A stretch of 64,000 bases of DNA from Cyanobacteria bacterium auto_48_18 (lineage in GTDB: Bacteria; Cyanobacteriota; Vampirovibrionia; Obscuribacterales; Obscuribacteraceae): the NCBI GenBank assembly GCA_036170915.1, contig JAVHQC010000020.1, positions 114,130 through 178,129 of the forward strand. The letters run 5' to 3'. This document shows, one piece after another, positions 19,452-28,362 of this stretch; positions within the stretch are counted from its first letter, which is position 1; every line of letters starts with the position of its first letter. Under the pieces are notes generated by a model. It was given only the letters and a program-made list of their open reading frames with translations. It made no database searches and was not told the DNA's origin. The translations under genes and the position numbers were made by a program.

Positions 19452-20510
19452 ATGGCCAAGTCAGAAGCTGAAATCGCGCTGGGCATTGCGATTAAGAAGA
19501 CATACAGAGCGTTTAACCGCAAGATAAGAACTGATGGCGACGCTGCCGATCTTATTTTCAATAAACTAAAAAAACAAAAGCGGATTAGATGTCATTGCGG
19601 CTGCACTAAAGTGCATCGCAGCACAGGCAGTCGAATATTTGTATGTCAGGCGTGTAAAGCTAAAACACATTTTACGGCTGGTACTGCCTATGAAGGAGCA
19701 GGACGCTTGCGCGCTAGGCTCGGAGTAATTTATTTCGCGGAGCGTAATCTCATTTTGACGGCTTCGAAAGTAGCGCAACTATTTAAAATTGGTAGCGGCA
19801 CCGCACGCAACATAGTTTTAAATCAGGCGATAATCTTAAATGAAACTATGCCGGATTCTGCTCTCGAGTTAACGGGTCACGAAGTAGCATCTTTGATTTA
19901 TCGCAGAAGTTGTGAAACACCAGCACGGCGACCGCCGTTTGCAGAACAAGAAGAAATTGACAATGAAGTTTCGCAGTCAGATGGTAGCAATAATGCTGGA
20001 AATTGCGAAAGTGATATTACAGAAAACGTTGACGTCGATGGTTTCGCACCCGATCTTAGTGACGCTCAAAAACAAGTTTTCGCTGCACTATCGAACGTGC
20101 CCCGATCGGCAGATGATCTTTGTATTCTAACTGGCTTACCGGCCGGTATCGTAGGCAGTTCACTAGTGATTTTGCATCTCGACAATTTGATTGAAGAGTT
20201 GCCTGGTGCACGTTACACCCGCATCACCTTGCGCAAGAAATCAGGGCCGTTACCTTCATCGCCGAATGATTTTGCCATGCTCGAGATCTTGCTCAAGGCT
20301 TTTCATACTTTTATAAAATTGTCTTCGAAGGGTGTGTCAAGAAAGTCTATGCAGCTTTACTTGGCTCAGTTCTGGTATTACGTTGATAAAGGGCGCTGGC
20401 GTAAAAATGATCTCTTCAATTTATACCTTGATCACGCTCCGCTGGGCCCGCTAGACGTGCGGAACTTCGTTTCTTCAAATCGATTGAAACTGCCATTAGT
20501 TTCAATATAA
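19452..20510 (+). CDS. IS1595-transposase-derived protein (Zn ribbon + HTH, DprA-like winged helix, IS1595-like C-terminus, no recognisable DDE core)
   Basis: CHCG..CQAC..TAGT; LSDAQKQVFAALSNVPRSADDLCILTGL...LPGARY; GVSRKSMQLYLAQFW. ATG 19452 follows a GGAGGG RBS. Confidence 0.7.
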   Translation: MAKSEAEIALGIAIKKTYRAFNRKIRTDGDAADLIFNKLKKQKRIRCHCGCTKVHRSTGSRIFVCQACKAKTHFTAGTAYEGAGRLRARLGVIYFAERNLILTASKVAQLFKIGSGTARNIVLNQAIILNETMPDSALELTGHEVASLIYRRSCETPARRPPFAEQEEIDNEVSQSDGSNNAGNCESDITENVDVDGFAPDLSDAQKQVFAALSNVPRSADDLCILTGLPAGIVGSSLVILHLDNLIEELPGARYTRITLRKKSGPLPSSPNDFAMLEILLKAFHTFIKLSSKGVSRKSMQLYLAQFWYYVDKGRWRKNDLFNLYLDHAPLGPLDVRNFVSSNRLKLPLVSI

Positions 20511-20548
20511 AAGTAGCTTCGCATTAACTCGAGTGACCGCATTGGAAT

Positions 20549-21241
20549 TTAAACAACTGATTTGGATGATTCCAGAGCGCTGCGAAGGTGTTCCCGTGCG
20601 ATTTTAAACAGGTTGTCTGCCATGGCCAGATGGTCATAGTCGTAGTTTTGGCAAAAATATTGCAGCTCTTCCAAGCCATCAGCCGCCTGGGCAATTGAAT
20701 GACGCATCCATTGCAATGAAGGTTTCAAGGTAAGCGGTGGTGGATTAGCCGTGAACTCATCACTTGCTTTGCGCAGGGTTTGCTCAATTTCCTCTACATA
20801 TAGGGAAAATTCTTCTAATAGCTGGTCATCATAAATGTCTTGTGATAGTGCGCTAAGTCGTTGTTTGTACTTGGACAAAATAGATTCGATGGACCGGCGC
20901 AATGGCAGAAAAACCTGCTTCAAGTAGCGTTCCCTAGCCTTTTCTTCGTCAAGCGAATCTTGGAAGTGAGTGGGCATGCGCATTTGCGTACGCGGGCGGC
21001 TGCGAATTACAACTGAGTCGTAGTGGGCGCGTTTATCGGTATCCATTAAGGTCTCGTAGGCCTCATTAATGGACATCATGTGTTCCGTCTCAGTCACTAC
21101 CTGAGTGTCGGGCTTTTTGCTTAAGGAGAGGTCAGGGTGGACATTCTTAACCAGGTTGCGATAAGCGCGCTTGATTTCGGCCGCGCTCACATCGGGCGCT
21201 AGTCCAAGAATTTCGTAGTGGTTGATTTTCCTCAGGGCCAT
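20549..21241 (-). CDS. J-domain (DnaJ type III) protein
   Basis: NHYEILGL...IKRAYR...HPD...INEAYETL, helical C-terminal domain. Confidence 0.9.
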   Translation of the reverse strand: MALRKINHYEILGLAPDVSAAEIKRAYRNLVKNVHPDLSLSKKPDTQVVTETEHMMSINEAYETLMDTDKRAHYDSVVIRSRPRTQMRMPTHFQDSLDEEKARERYLKQVFLPLRRSIESILSKYKQRLSALSQDIYDDQLLEEFSLYVEEIEQTLRKASDEFTANPPPLTLKPSLQWMRHSIAQAADGLEELQYFCQNYDYDHLAMADNLFKIAREHLRSALESSKSVV

Positions 21242-21307
21242 AAAGTAATTATGCCCGAACTGCTTATATAAGCAAATTTACGGCAGATGCCCGTTTATAA
21301 TTGATAG

Positions 21308-21844
21308 ATGTTCTGTCCGTTTTGTAACCACCGCGAAAGCAGAGTGCTTGAATCCCGCTTAACCACGGAGAATTCGGTCAGACGTCGGCGCGAGTGTGAA
21401 GGTTGCGGCAAGCGCTTTACTACTTATGAAAAGCTTGAGACCGTGCAATTTCTGGTGATTAAGCGCTCCGGAATACGTGAGCCTTACACAAGAGATAAGC
21501 TCAGAGCGGGCATCAGCCGTGCTTGCTCTAAAACTACTGTGACTGCCGAACAAATTGATGATCTGGTCGACTCAGTTGAAAGCGAACTTCTGGCATCCGG
21601 CCGCAGAGAAGTGCCGGCATCGCTGCTGGGAGAGTTAGGATTGCGCTTGCTTAGCGGGCTTGACCAGGTGGCCTATGTCAGATTTGCCTCGGTCTATCGC
21701 CAGTTTCGTTCTATTGAAGATTTTATTGCTGAGCTTAATTTGCTTCGTAGTAGCCAGATTAAGGGCAATCAGTTACTTGAGTCTGAAGAATTACCGATCG
21801 CTGCTCCTGCCACCGCAGGTAGTGCGAAAAATCAGCAGGATTAG
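21308..21844 (+). CDS. nrdR: Transcriptional repressor NrdR
   Basis: CPFC...SRVLESR...RRRRECEGCGKRFTTYE, ATP cone, VAYVRFASVYR. Confidence 0.97.
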   Translation: MFCPFCNHRESRVLESRLTTENSVRRRRECEGCGKRFTTYEKLETVQFLVIKRSGIREPYTRDKLRAGISRACSKTTVTAEQIDDLVDSVESELLASGRREVPASLLGELGLRLLSGLDQVAYVRFASVYRQFRSIEDFIAELNLLRSSQIKGNQLLESEELPIAAPATAGSAKNQQD

Positions 21845-21995
21845 GCCTCGGCTTGGCAACTGGCCGTTTTATTTGAAGATGAAAGATCTCCAATCTCGCT
21901 TAACGCTTGTTAGCCGAAGCCCCACGGTTGCAGATGGTGGTGTTACAATCGCAGACCGCTTGTCTAGAATATCTTGAAGAACCAATTAGTGAGCC

Positions 21996-22478
21996 ATGAA
22001 TAGCATTATTAAAGAGATCGAAGCCCCTCTCCTCAAGTCCAACTTGCCAAAGTTTGATGTCGGGGACACTGTCAAAGTTTTCGTAAAAATCAAAGAGGGC
22101 GGCAAAGAGCGCACTCAAGGTTACGAAGGCGTTGTGATTAAACACACTGGCCACGGAGTCGGCGAAACCTTCACCGTCCGTCGTGTCTTCCAGGGTATTG
22201 GCATCGAGAGAGTATTCCTCGTTCACAGCCCTCGTGTAGAAAAAATCACGGTTCTGCGTCGAGGTGACGTTCGTCGCGCCAAGCTTTATTACTTGAGACA
22301 ACGTACTGGTAAGGCTACTCGTATTAAAGAGAAGCTTGGTGGTAAGAAAATTACGGCCAACATCAGTGCCAACGCTCCAGCTGTAGCTCCAGCTTCGGCA
22401 CCTGCTGAAAAATCTGCTGCCACTGCCAGTGCAACATCTGCTCCTTCTGCTGAAGCCGCTGCTCCAGCCGAAAGCTAA
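21996..22478 (+). CDS. rplS: 50S ribosomal protein L19 with Ala-rich C-terminal tail
   Basis: [34 protein letters not shown]. Confidence 0.97.
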   Translation: MNSIIKEIEAPLLKSNLPKFDVGDTVKVFVKIKEGGKERTQGYEGVVIKHTGHGVGETFTVRRVFQGIGIERVFLVHSPRVEKITVLRRGDVRRAKLYYLRQRTGKATRIKEKLGGKKITANISANAPAVAPASAPAEKSAATASATSAPSAEAAAPAES

Positions 22479-22495
22479 TTGCTCTTAGAAGTTGC

Positions 22496-23548
22496 GTGAG
22501 CATTAAAAAGACCTCGTCCAAATTCAGCAAAGCGCCAACAGGCAAGTTTGCTGCCGGACAGTCTGCTGCGAAAAAAAACAGCAATAAAGGCTCTGATGCC
22601 ATTGCTAAAGCCGCTCAATCTGCCCGCACAGCGGGTGCTGGGCGGCTTCCGGCTAAGTATGCCAGCAGCGCAGGCAGTGCTCCAGGTGCTGCAAAAGCTG
22701 TACGCAACAAGCCGAAACCAGCTAACACTCCCTTTCAAAGGCTAACCGAGATCGTAAAGTGGGTGGATCTCGTCATTGAAGTGCTTGATGGCCGCTTGCC
22801 TGAAACCACCAGACATCCTGCATCGGAAGAAATTTTCGGTAATAAGCCCAGAGTACTGATTTTTTCTAAAGCCGATTTGGCCGACTCAACTAAGCTGCGA
22901 GTCTACGTTAAGGCTGCGGGCGAGAAGCCTCACAATGGTCCGCCGGAGAAGTTGTTGATCTTAGACTTAAAATCAATGGCCCACAAAAATACCTTTATCG
23001 AGGCCGCCCTGGCAGTCACCGCAGAAAAAAGAGCGGCACTTGCCAAGAAAGGATTGCTTGAGCGGCCTATGCGCGCTTGTGTGGTTGGCATTCCGAACGT
23101 GGGCAAATCATCTTTGATCAACTGGTTTGTCGGACGCAAGAAGGCTAAGACCGGTGATTCTCCTGGAGTCACAAGGGGCACACAGTGGATTCGTGTTCAT
23201 CCACAACTAGAATTGCTCGATACCCCGGGCATTTTGCCTGCCAATTTGTTTTCGACTGAAGAAAGACAAAGGCTGGCTCTCCTCAATTTGCTACCTGCCG
23301 ACGGATATGACAATGTCGAAATAGCTAAATTCGGTTTGATGTTAATGAAAAAGTACTACTCTGGTATGCTCGAAGCATATCTACCAGGCCTGTCAGGCAT
23401 TGAAGACGGGCTTGACTACATTGCTGAGAAGAAGCACTATTTAGGTAATGGTGGCAGGCTAGACCACTATCGAGCGGCAACTATCTTTCTGCGCGATTTA
23501 CGAGCAGGAAAATTAGGCGACGTTACTTTCGATAATCTCACTGTGTAG
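22496..23548 (+). CDS. rbgA: Ribosome biogenesis GTPase RbgA/YlqF
   Basis: Circularly permuted GTPase: KADLAD, GIPNVGKSSLIN, PGVTRG, LLDTPGIL. Confidence 0.93.
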   Translation: MSIKKTSSKFSKAPTGKFAAGQSAAKKNSNKGSDAIAKAAQSARTAGAGRLPAKYASSAGSAPGAAKAVRNKPKPANTPFQRLTEIVKWVDLVIEVLDGRLPETTRHPASEEIFGNKPRVLIFSKADLADSTKLRVYVKAAGEKPHNGPPEKLLILDLKSMAHKNTFIEAALAVTAEKRAALAKKGLLERPMRACVVGIPNVGKSSLINWFVGRKKAKTGDSPGVTRGTQWIRVHPQLELLDTPGILPANLFSTEERQRLALLNLLPADGYDNVEIAKFGLMLMKKYYSGMLEAYLPGLSGIEDGLDYIAEKKHYLGNGGRLDHYRAATIFLRDLRAGKLGDVTFDNLTV

Positions 23549-23565
23549 CAAAGTGCGGGGCAGGA

Positions 23566-24423
23566 ATGGCAAAAGTAGAAGCTCCAGCAAAGCCGCCCTT
23601 ACACAAACTTCTTGCCTTCGATACCAAACTTTTAAATAAAGCGCAAAAATCAAATCAGGCTCTTGTGGGAAAAACTGGTCAGCCTGTTAATAAAAACTTG
23701 AGCAGTCGTCTACTGGCCATGCAGGAACACCAGACTCAAATTTTTAAAGGGTCGTCGTCAGGTATCATCGGCGTAGACGAAGTTGGCCGCGGCTGTCTTT
23801 CTGGGCCGGTGGTAGCTGCAGCTGTAATGCTGCCGCAAATTGAGAAAAAATCTAAATTGGCTCAAGAACTGGCGAATCTGGACGACTCGAAAGCTCTAAA
23901 AGCTGAAGTCCGCGAAGAACTTGCAGCAGTGCTTCGCGCAACGTGCCATTACGCAGTTGGTGAAGCTTCGCCGGAAGAAATCGATCAGATCAATATCTTG
24001 CAAGCAAGCTTGCTGGCCATGCGGCGAGCTTTAGACAATCTCTTTCTTCAATTATCGTTTGGACGTGAGCAACTGCTTTTGTTAGTTGATGGCAATCAAC
24101 GTATCAAAGAAATAGAACTGGAGCAAATTACCGTAATCCAGGGTGACAGCCATTCAGCCTCCATTGCCGCAGCCTCAGTACTTGCGAAGGTCTATCGCGA
24201 TTCTTTCATGCGCGATTTGTCAGAAAGCTATCCGCACTACAACTGGCATAGCAATAAAGGCTATGGTTCAAAAGTCCATCGTCAAGCCATTGCGGAACAC
24301 GGACTAACTCAGTGGCATCGCCTGAGTTTCGGCCCCTGTAAAGACCCGCAGAGTGGCTTAAATGATGACCTTGAATTGGACGATGATAGTTCAGGAACCG
24401 AATTGGAATTAAGCGCGAGATAG
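23566..24423 (+). CDS. rnhB: Ribonuclease HII
   Basis: GVDEVGRG, DDSK, EIDQINILQAS, VDGN, SIAAASVLAKV, KGYG. Confidence 0.96.
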   Translation: MAKVEAPAKPPLHKLLAFDTKLLNKAQKSNQALVGKTGQPVNKNLSSRLLAMQEHQTQIFKGSSSGIIGVDEVGRGCLSGPVVAAAVMLPQIEKKSKLAQELANLDDSKALKAEVREELAAVLRATCHYAVGEASPEEIDQINILQASLLAMRRALDNLFLQLSFGREQLLLLVDGNQRIKEIELEQITVIQGDSHSASIAAASVLAKVYRDSFMRDLSESYPHYNWHSNKGYGSKVHRQAIAEHGLTQWHRLSFGPCKDPQSGLNDDLELDDDSSGTELELSAR

Positions 24424-24586
24424 CTTAGATTTTCGCCTGCTAAATTGAATGGATTTGTGAGCAAAAACTGTTCTAGATTTGCACGGTTTTTAGAGTGAGT
24501 TTTGCCACTTTACACTCAGTTCGGAAGATTAGAAGTGTAGCTCTGTCTTGATCTTAACGCGGCTAAGATTGTAGGTGTGCCGTTAA

Positions 24587-24622
24587 TTTAAAACCTGGAT
24601 GGATATCCATCCAGGTTTTAAA
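24587..24622. repeat. Palindromic repeat family, copy 5 (36 bp perfect)
   Basis: TTTAAAACCTGGATGGAT|ATCCATCCAGGTTTTAAA, between convergent genes. Confidence 0.9.
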
Positions 24623-24690
24623 AGTCACACAACAGACCCGCGTTTTTAAAGCCCGCTAAAGCTCAAAATTGAACTTTCTTACGGTCAAAT

Positions 24691-25509
24691 TTAACGAGTT
24701 ACAGCCGGCAAATTCGGAGTGCCACCACCCTGGCCGCCGTCGCCATCGTACTTTTTCATTTTTTGCTCAGTCTTGCCGCCGCCATCAAGAATCTGGGTCT
24801 TCGAAAGCTGATCGACAATGTAGTCTACGCCGCGCCATGAAATCATAAACATACGATCGCCCATCTCAATTAAATTGGTCTCGCGCAAATACCAGAGGGC
24901 AAATTCAATCTCTACAACGTTATCGATAGAAAGAATATCCATCATCATTTTGGCTGTAGCGCCGCCAGTTTGAGGTCGTTTTTTCTTGGCCACAAGCAGA
25001 ATTTGCAGGATAGCTAGACGCAGCTCAATCTCGTTCCACGAAATACCAGTCTTCGGTATTTTCGGCATGGAGTCTTTGCCGAACTGAGATGGCGCACCAC
25101 TAGGTCCACCTCCACCACCGGCGGCTCCGCCGCTGGGTTTCGACTCTTTAGCACCAAGTGACATGTCGTAAGCAGCGCGTTTACCTTCGTCTGAAAGTGT
25201 ACGCCAGGCTTCTGTAATGATGCGGAATTTCTCTGCGTCGCCTGATTCACCGTTGTCTGGGTGATACATGGCAGCTAGAAAGCGGTATGCGTAGCGGATG
25301 ATTGTGGGATGAGCGTCTCTATCGACTTGAAGCAGTTCGTAATAGCTGATTTCTTTGAAGTTTTTGCCGATTGGTCCGCCGGACCCAGCTCCAGGCTGAC
25401 CACCGCCGCCCTGTTGGCCGCCGCCTTGTTGACCCTGATTACCTTGATTATTCCCGCCGCCCTGTCCGGGAGCGCCTGGTCTGGGAGGAGGAGGTGGTTG
25501 CCACGACAT
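24691..25509 (-). CDS. J-domain protein with P/G/Q-rich N-terminus and probable C-terminal winged helix
   Basis: YYELLQV...YHPDN...FRIITEAWRTLSD..KRAAYD. Confidence 0.88.
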   Translation of the reverse strand: MSWQPPPPPRPGAPGQGGGNNQGNQGQQGGGQQGGGGQPGAGSGGPIGKNFKEISYYELLQVDRDAHPTIIRYAYRFLAAMYHPDNGESGDAEKFRIITEAWRTLSDEGKRAAYDMSLGAKESKPSGGAAGGGGGPSGAPSQFGKDSMPKIPKTGISWNEIELRLAILQILLVAKKKRPQTGGATAKMMMDILSIDNVVEIEFALWYLRETNLIEMGDRMFMISWRGVDYIVDQLSKTQILDGGGKTEQKMKKYDGDGGQGGGTPNLPAVTR

Positions 25510-25512
25510 TTT

Positions 25513-26691
25513 TTATAGTCCCTTCAATACGTTGCTTGCAATTACCAAACGCTGCACTTCGGAAGTGCCTTCATAGATTTCCGTGATTTTAGCGTCACGC
25601 ATATAACGTTCCACCGGATAGTCGGTGACGAAACCGTAACCGCCAAAAATTTGTACACATTTTACAGTATTGCGCATTGCCATTTCTGAAGCGTAGAGCT
25701 TGGCCTGCGCGGCTAGCTTAGTGAATTTTTCACCGCGATCTTGAGCGACGCACGCATTGTATGTCAGTAGTCTGGCAGCATCGATTTCAGTCTGCATTTC
25801 AGCGAACATAAATTGAATGGCTTGAAATTGATTGATGGTTTTGTTGAAAGCGACTCGCTCTTTGCTGTATTTAAAAGCGTGATCCCAGGCGCCTTGTGCA
25901 ATGCCCACAGCTTGAGATGCGATGCCGATTCTTCCCCCATCAAGTGTGACCATTGAGACTTTAAAGCCATCACCTACCTGACCGAGCATGTTCTCCACAG
26001 GTACTGGAGTATCTTCGAAGTTAATTTGGCAAGTTGATGAGCCTTTGATACCAAGCTTGTCTTCCAGTTTTCCGAAAGTGAAACCAGGAGCGCCTTTCTC
26101 TACAATTAATGCCACCAGGCCTTTGTGCTTTAAACTCTGGTCTGTTTGGGCAATGACCAGATAGTAGTCAGCTTCCACCCCGTTGGTGATCCAGTTTTTG
26201 GAACCATTCAAAATAAACTGATCGCCTTTGCGAATGGCCATGCATTTTGCCGCAGCCGAATCGGATCCGGAGTCTGGCTCAGAAAGAGCAAAAGCACCTA
26301 GTTTTTTGCCCTGACACATGGAAGGTAAAAGGCGTTTTTTCTGTTCTTCAGAGCCAAAAATATAAATTGGTGTGGCGCACAGAGAGACGTGGGCCGAATA
26401 CAAAACTGAAGTTGTAGCGCAAGCACTACCGAGCTCTTCCACTACAACGCTGTAAGAAACGTGGTCCATTCCGGCCCCACCGTACTCTTCCGGAAAAGGC
26501 AAGCCGCAAAGATCTGACTGCGCCAAAAGGTCCCAGTTTTCTCTCGGAAAACGATGATTCTTATCGACTTCAGCCGCTCTTGGTGCAAATTCCGCCTGGG
26601 CTAATTCTCTTACAGTTTCTTTGATCAGCAATTGATCTTCGGTCAGACGAAATCCAAGAGGCAAGTCCTTATGTGTTGTGGCTGTCAACAT
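25513..26691 (-). CDS. Acyl-CoA dehydrogenase (short-chain/butyryl-CoA type)
   Basis: FALSEPDSGSD, NGSKNWITN, LDGGRIGIA, QIFGGYG, IYEGTSEVQR. Confidence 0.95.
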   Translation of the reverse strand: MLTATTHKDLPLGFRLTEDQLLIKETVRELAQAEFAPRAAEVDKNHRFPRENWDLLAQSDLCGLPFPEEYGGAGMDHVSYSVVVEELGSACATTSVLYSAHVSLCATPIYIFGSEEQKKRLLPSMCQGKKLGAFALSEPDSGSDSAAAKCMAIRKGDQFILNGSKNWITNGVEADYYLVIAQTDQSLKHKGLVALIVEKGAPGFTFGKLEDKLGIKGSSTCQINFEDTPVPVENMLGQVGDGFKVSMVTLDGGRIGIASQAVGIAQGAWDHAFKYSKERVAFNKTINQFQAIQFMFAEMQTEIDAARLLTYNACVAQDRGEKFTKLAAQAKLYASEMAMRNTVKCVQIFGGYGFVTDYPVERYMRDAKITEIYEGTSEVQRLVIASNVLKGL

Positions 26692-26874
26692 TTTTCACCT
26701 GAGATATGGATACTTGAATTATCGGATCATTGCTCTAAGCTCAATGGGGCCCGCTTCGGTCAGCGCCTATCCTTTTTTCAGGCTCTGATCATAGCACCTG
26801 AAAGAGCCTCTTGACCGGCTTTAGCAGTTGATGATGTTGTACAGTATTGAGGAATAAACGGAAGGAAATAAATT

Positions 26875-28353
26875 GTGGCGGATATCAAGGTACTCTATGT
26901 CGAAGACTCCAAAAGCTCGAGCTCGAGCCTGCGGCAAGCCTTAAAAAACGAAGGTCTGACTGTTGTTTTTTGTGGCGGCGGCTTTGACGCCCTTGATGAG
27001 CTCGCCAGCGACGGCGCCGACATTGTCGTGGCCGCAACCAAGGTCAACGATTTAAGCGGTTATCAATTGGCCAGTTTAATTAAATCGAGTGAAGTGGTCA
27101 GTCAGCTGCCGGTTGTATTGTTCGTCTCCGACGACGCCGCCCCCGATGATTTCTGGATCAAAGCAGCGCGCCCTGATGTAATTGTCAGTGCCGAAGATCT
27201 CAAGGAGCCGGCCAAGGTCGCCACTATGATTCGCGATCTGGCTGAAAACGCCAGGCTGGCAGGCTGGGAAAAATCGATTGGAAAAGCAGTTCTGGTGCCA
27301 TCTCAAGGTTTCTCTTCGGCGAGTTTAATTGAAAGTTACTCCAGCTTATTGAACGATCTTTTGCTCGAGCGCGCCGTCAATCGCACTGCCCGCACACTTA
27401 CCGCTCTGGTTGAGCCACGCAGTCAATTTCTAGAAGCGTTCTTTACTTTCATCACTGAAATTTTTGAACCAGATATGTTAGGAATTGTCATTGCCGACGT
27501 CAATTCGCCCTGGGCCGCCATGCAGGTTAAAGACACGGTTTCGCAATACGCTTACGACTCAGTAATCAAACAAATTTCTAAGCAGCTTGATCTGGCCGAG
27601 AATATTAAGGTGGAATTGCGTGGCAGTTTGAGTGATCAAAACAGTGGCAGCACACTGGGATCAATTGAGATTCTCAACGTAGCGACGGAAAAACAAGGCA
27701 TGGGTGCACTTGTATTTGCCAGTAGCGGAAAAAATGCTTTCAGCCCCGCTGCTAAATCTTTTATGGCAGTGCTCAAACAGGAGCTAAAGCCTGTTGTTCA
27801 GCTGCTTCTGGCTAAGCAAGAAATCGAAGAGTTGCATTCGCGTGAAGCTTATCGCGCTGCCATCGATTCGCTCACTGGTCTATACAATTTAGAATTTCTT
27901 GTGGGCTTTTTACAACAACAATTGCTGTTCTCTTTCCGCCAGAGATTGCCTGTCGGTATGGCCATTATAGACGTTGATAATTTTGCCAAGATCAACGAAG
28001 AGCATGGTTATGAAATCGGCGACTCAGTGCTCAACACCATTGCCAACAGGCTATTACAAATCACCCGTTCAAGCGATCTTCTGGCTCGATATGGTGGTGA
28101 CCAATTTGCTGTGGTCTTGCCCAACACCGATCTGGCCGGCACCAAAATTCTTGGTGAAAAGGTGAGATCTGAAATGGAATTTGTCAGCTTCAGTCAAGAC
28201 AATGGGCGCAAGGGGCCAAGGGTGACGGTTTCGGTAGGCTGCGCAAACTTCAATATGGAAGATTTAAATCCGGAGACAATTTTGCGCGACGCTAAATTGG
28301 CTTTGAGACAAGCAAAAGATGCAGGACGCAATCAGGTTGCAGCTAGCAGCTAA
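26875..28353 (+). CDS. Pseudo-receiver + GGDEF-domain protein (GGDQF variant)
   Basis: DSLTGLYN, DVDNFAKINEEHG..IGD, RSSDLLARYGGDQF, AKDAGRN. Confidence 0.9.
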   Translation: MADIKVLYVEDSKSSSSSLRQALKNEGLTVVFCGGGFDALDELASDGADIVVAATKVNDLSGYQLASLIKSSEVVSQLPVVLFVSDDAAPDDFWIKAARPDVIVSAEDLKEPAKVATMIRDLAENARLAGWEKSIGKAVLVPSQGFSSASLIESYSSLLNDLLLERAVNRTARTLTALVEPRSQFLEAFFTFITEIFEPDMLGIVIADVNSPWAAMQVKDTVSQYAYDSVIKQISKQLDLAENIKVELRGSLSDQNSGSTLGSIEILNVATEKQGMGALVFASSGKNAFSPAAKSFMAVLKQELKPVVQLLLAKQEIEELHSREAYRAAIDSLTGLYNLEFLVGFLQQQLLFSFRQRLPVGMAIIDVDNFAKINEEHGYEIGDSVLNTIANRLLQITRSSDLLARYGGDQFAVVLPNTDLAGTKILGEKVRSEMEFVSFSQDNGRKGPRVTVSVGCANFNMEDLNPETILRDAKLALRQAKDAGRNQVAASS

Positions 28354-28362
28354 AAAGTACAT

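Noticed and set aside
19200..20548. Intact IS1595-family insertion sequence
   Set aside because: No recognisable DDE motifs, terminal inverted repeats or target-site duplication; kept as a derived CDS instead.
21900..22301. 133-aa ORF antisense to rplS
   Set aside because: Typical antisense shadow of a highly conserved gene.
674..24622. Palindromes as CRISPR repeats
   Set aside because: Copies are kilobases apart, with no spacer-sized periodicity and no cas genes in the window.
674..24622. Palindromes as ordinary intrinsic terminators or HIP1 sites
   Set aside because: They share primary sequence, have no loop, one lies between divergent genes, and they do not contain GCGATCGC. Incidental terminator activity is not excluded.
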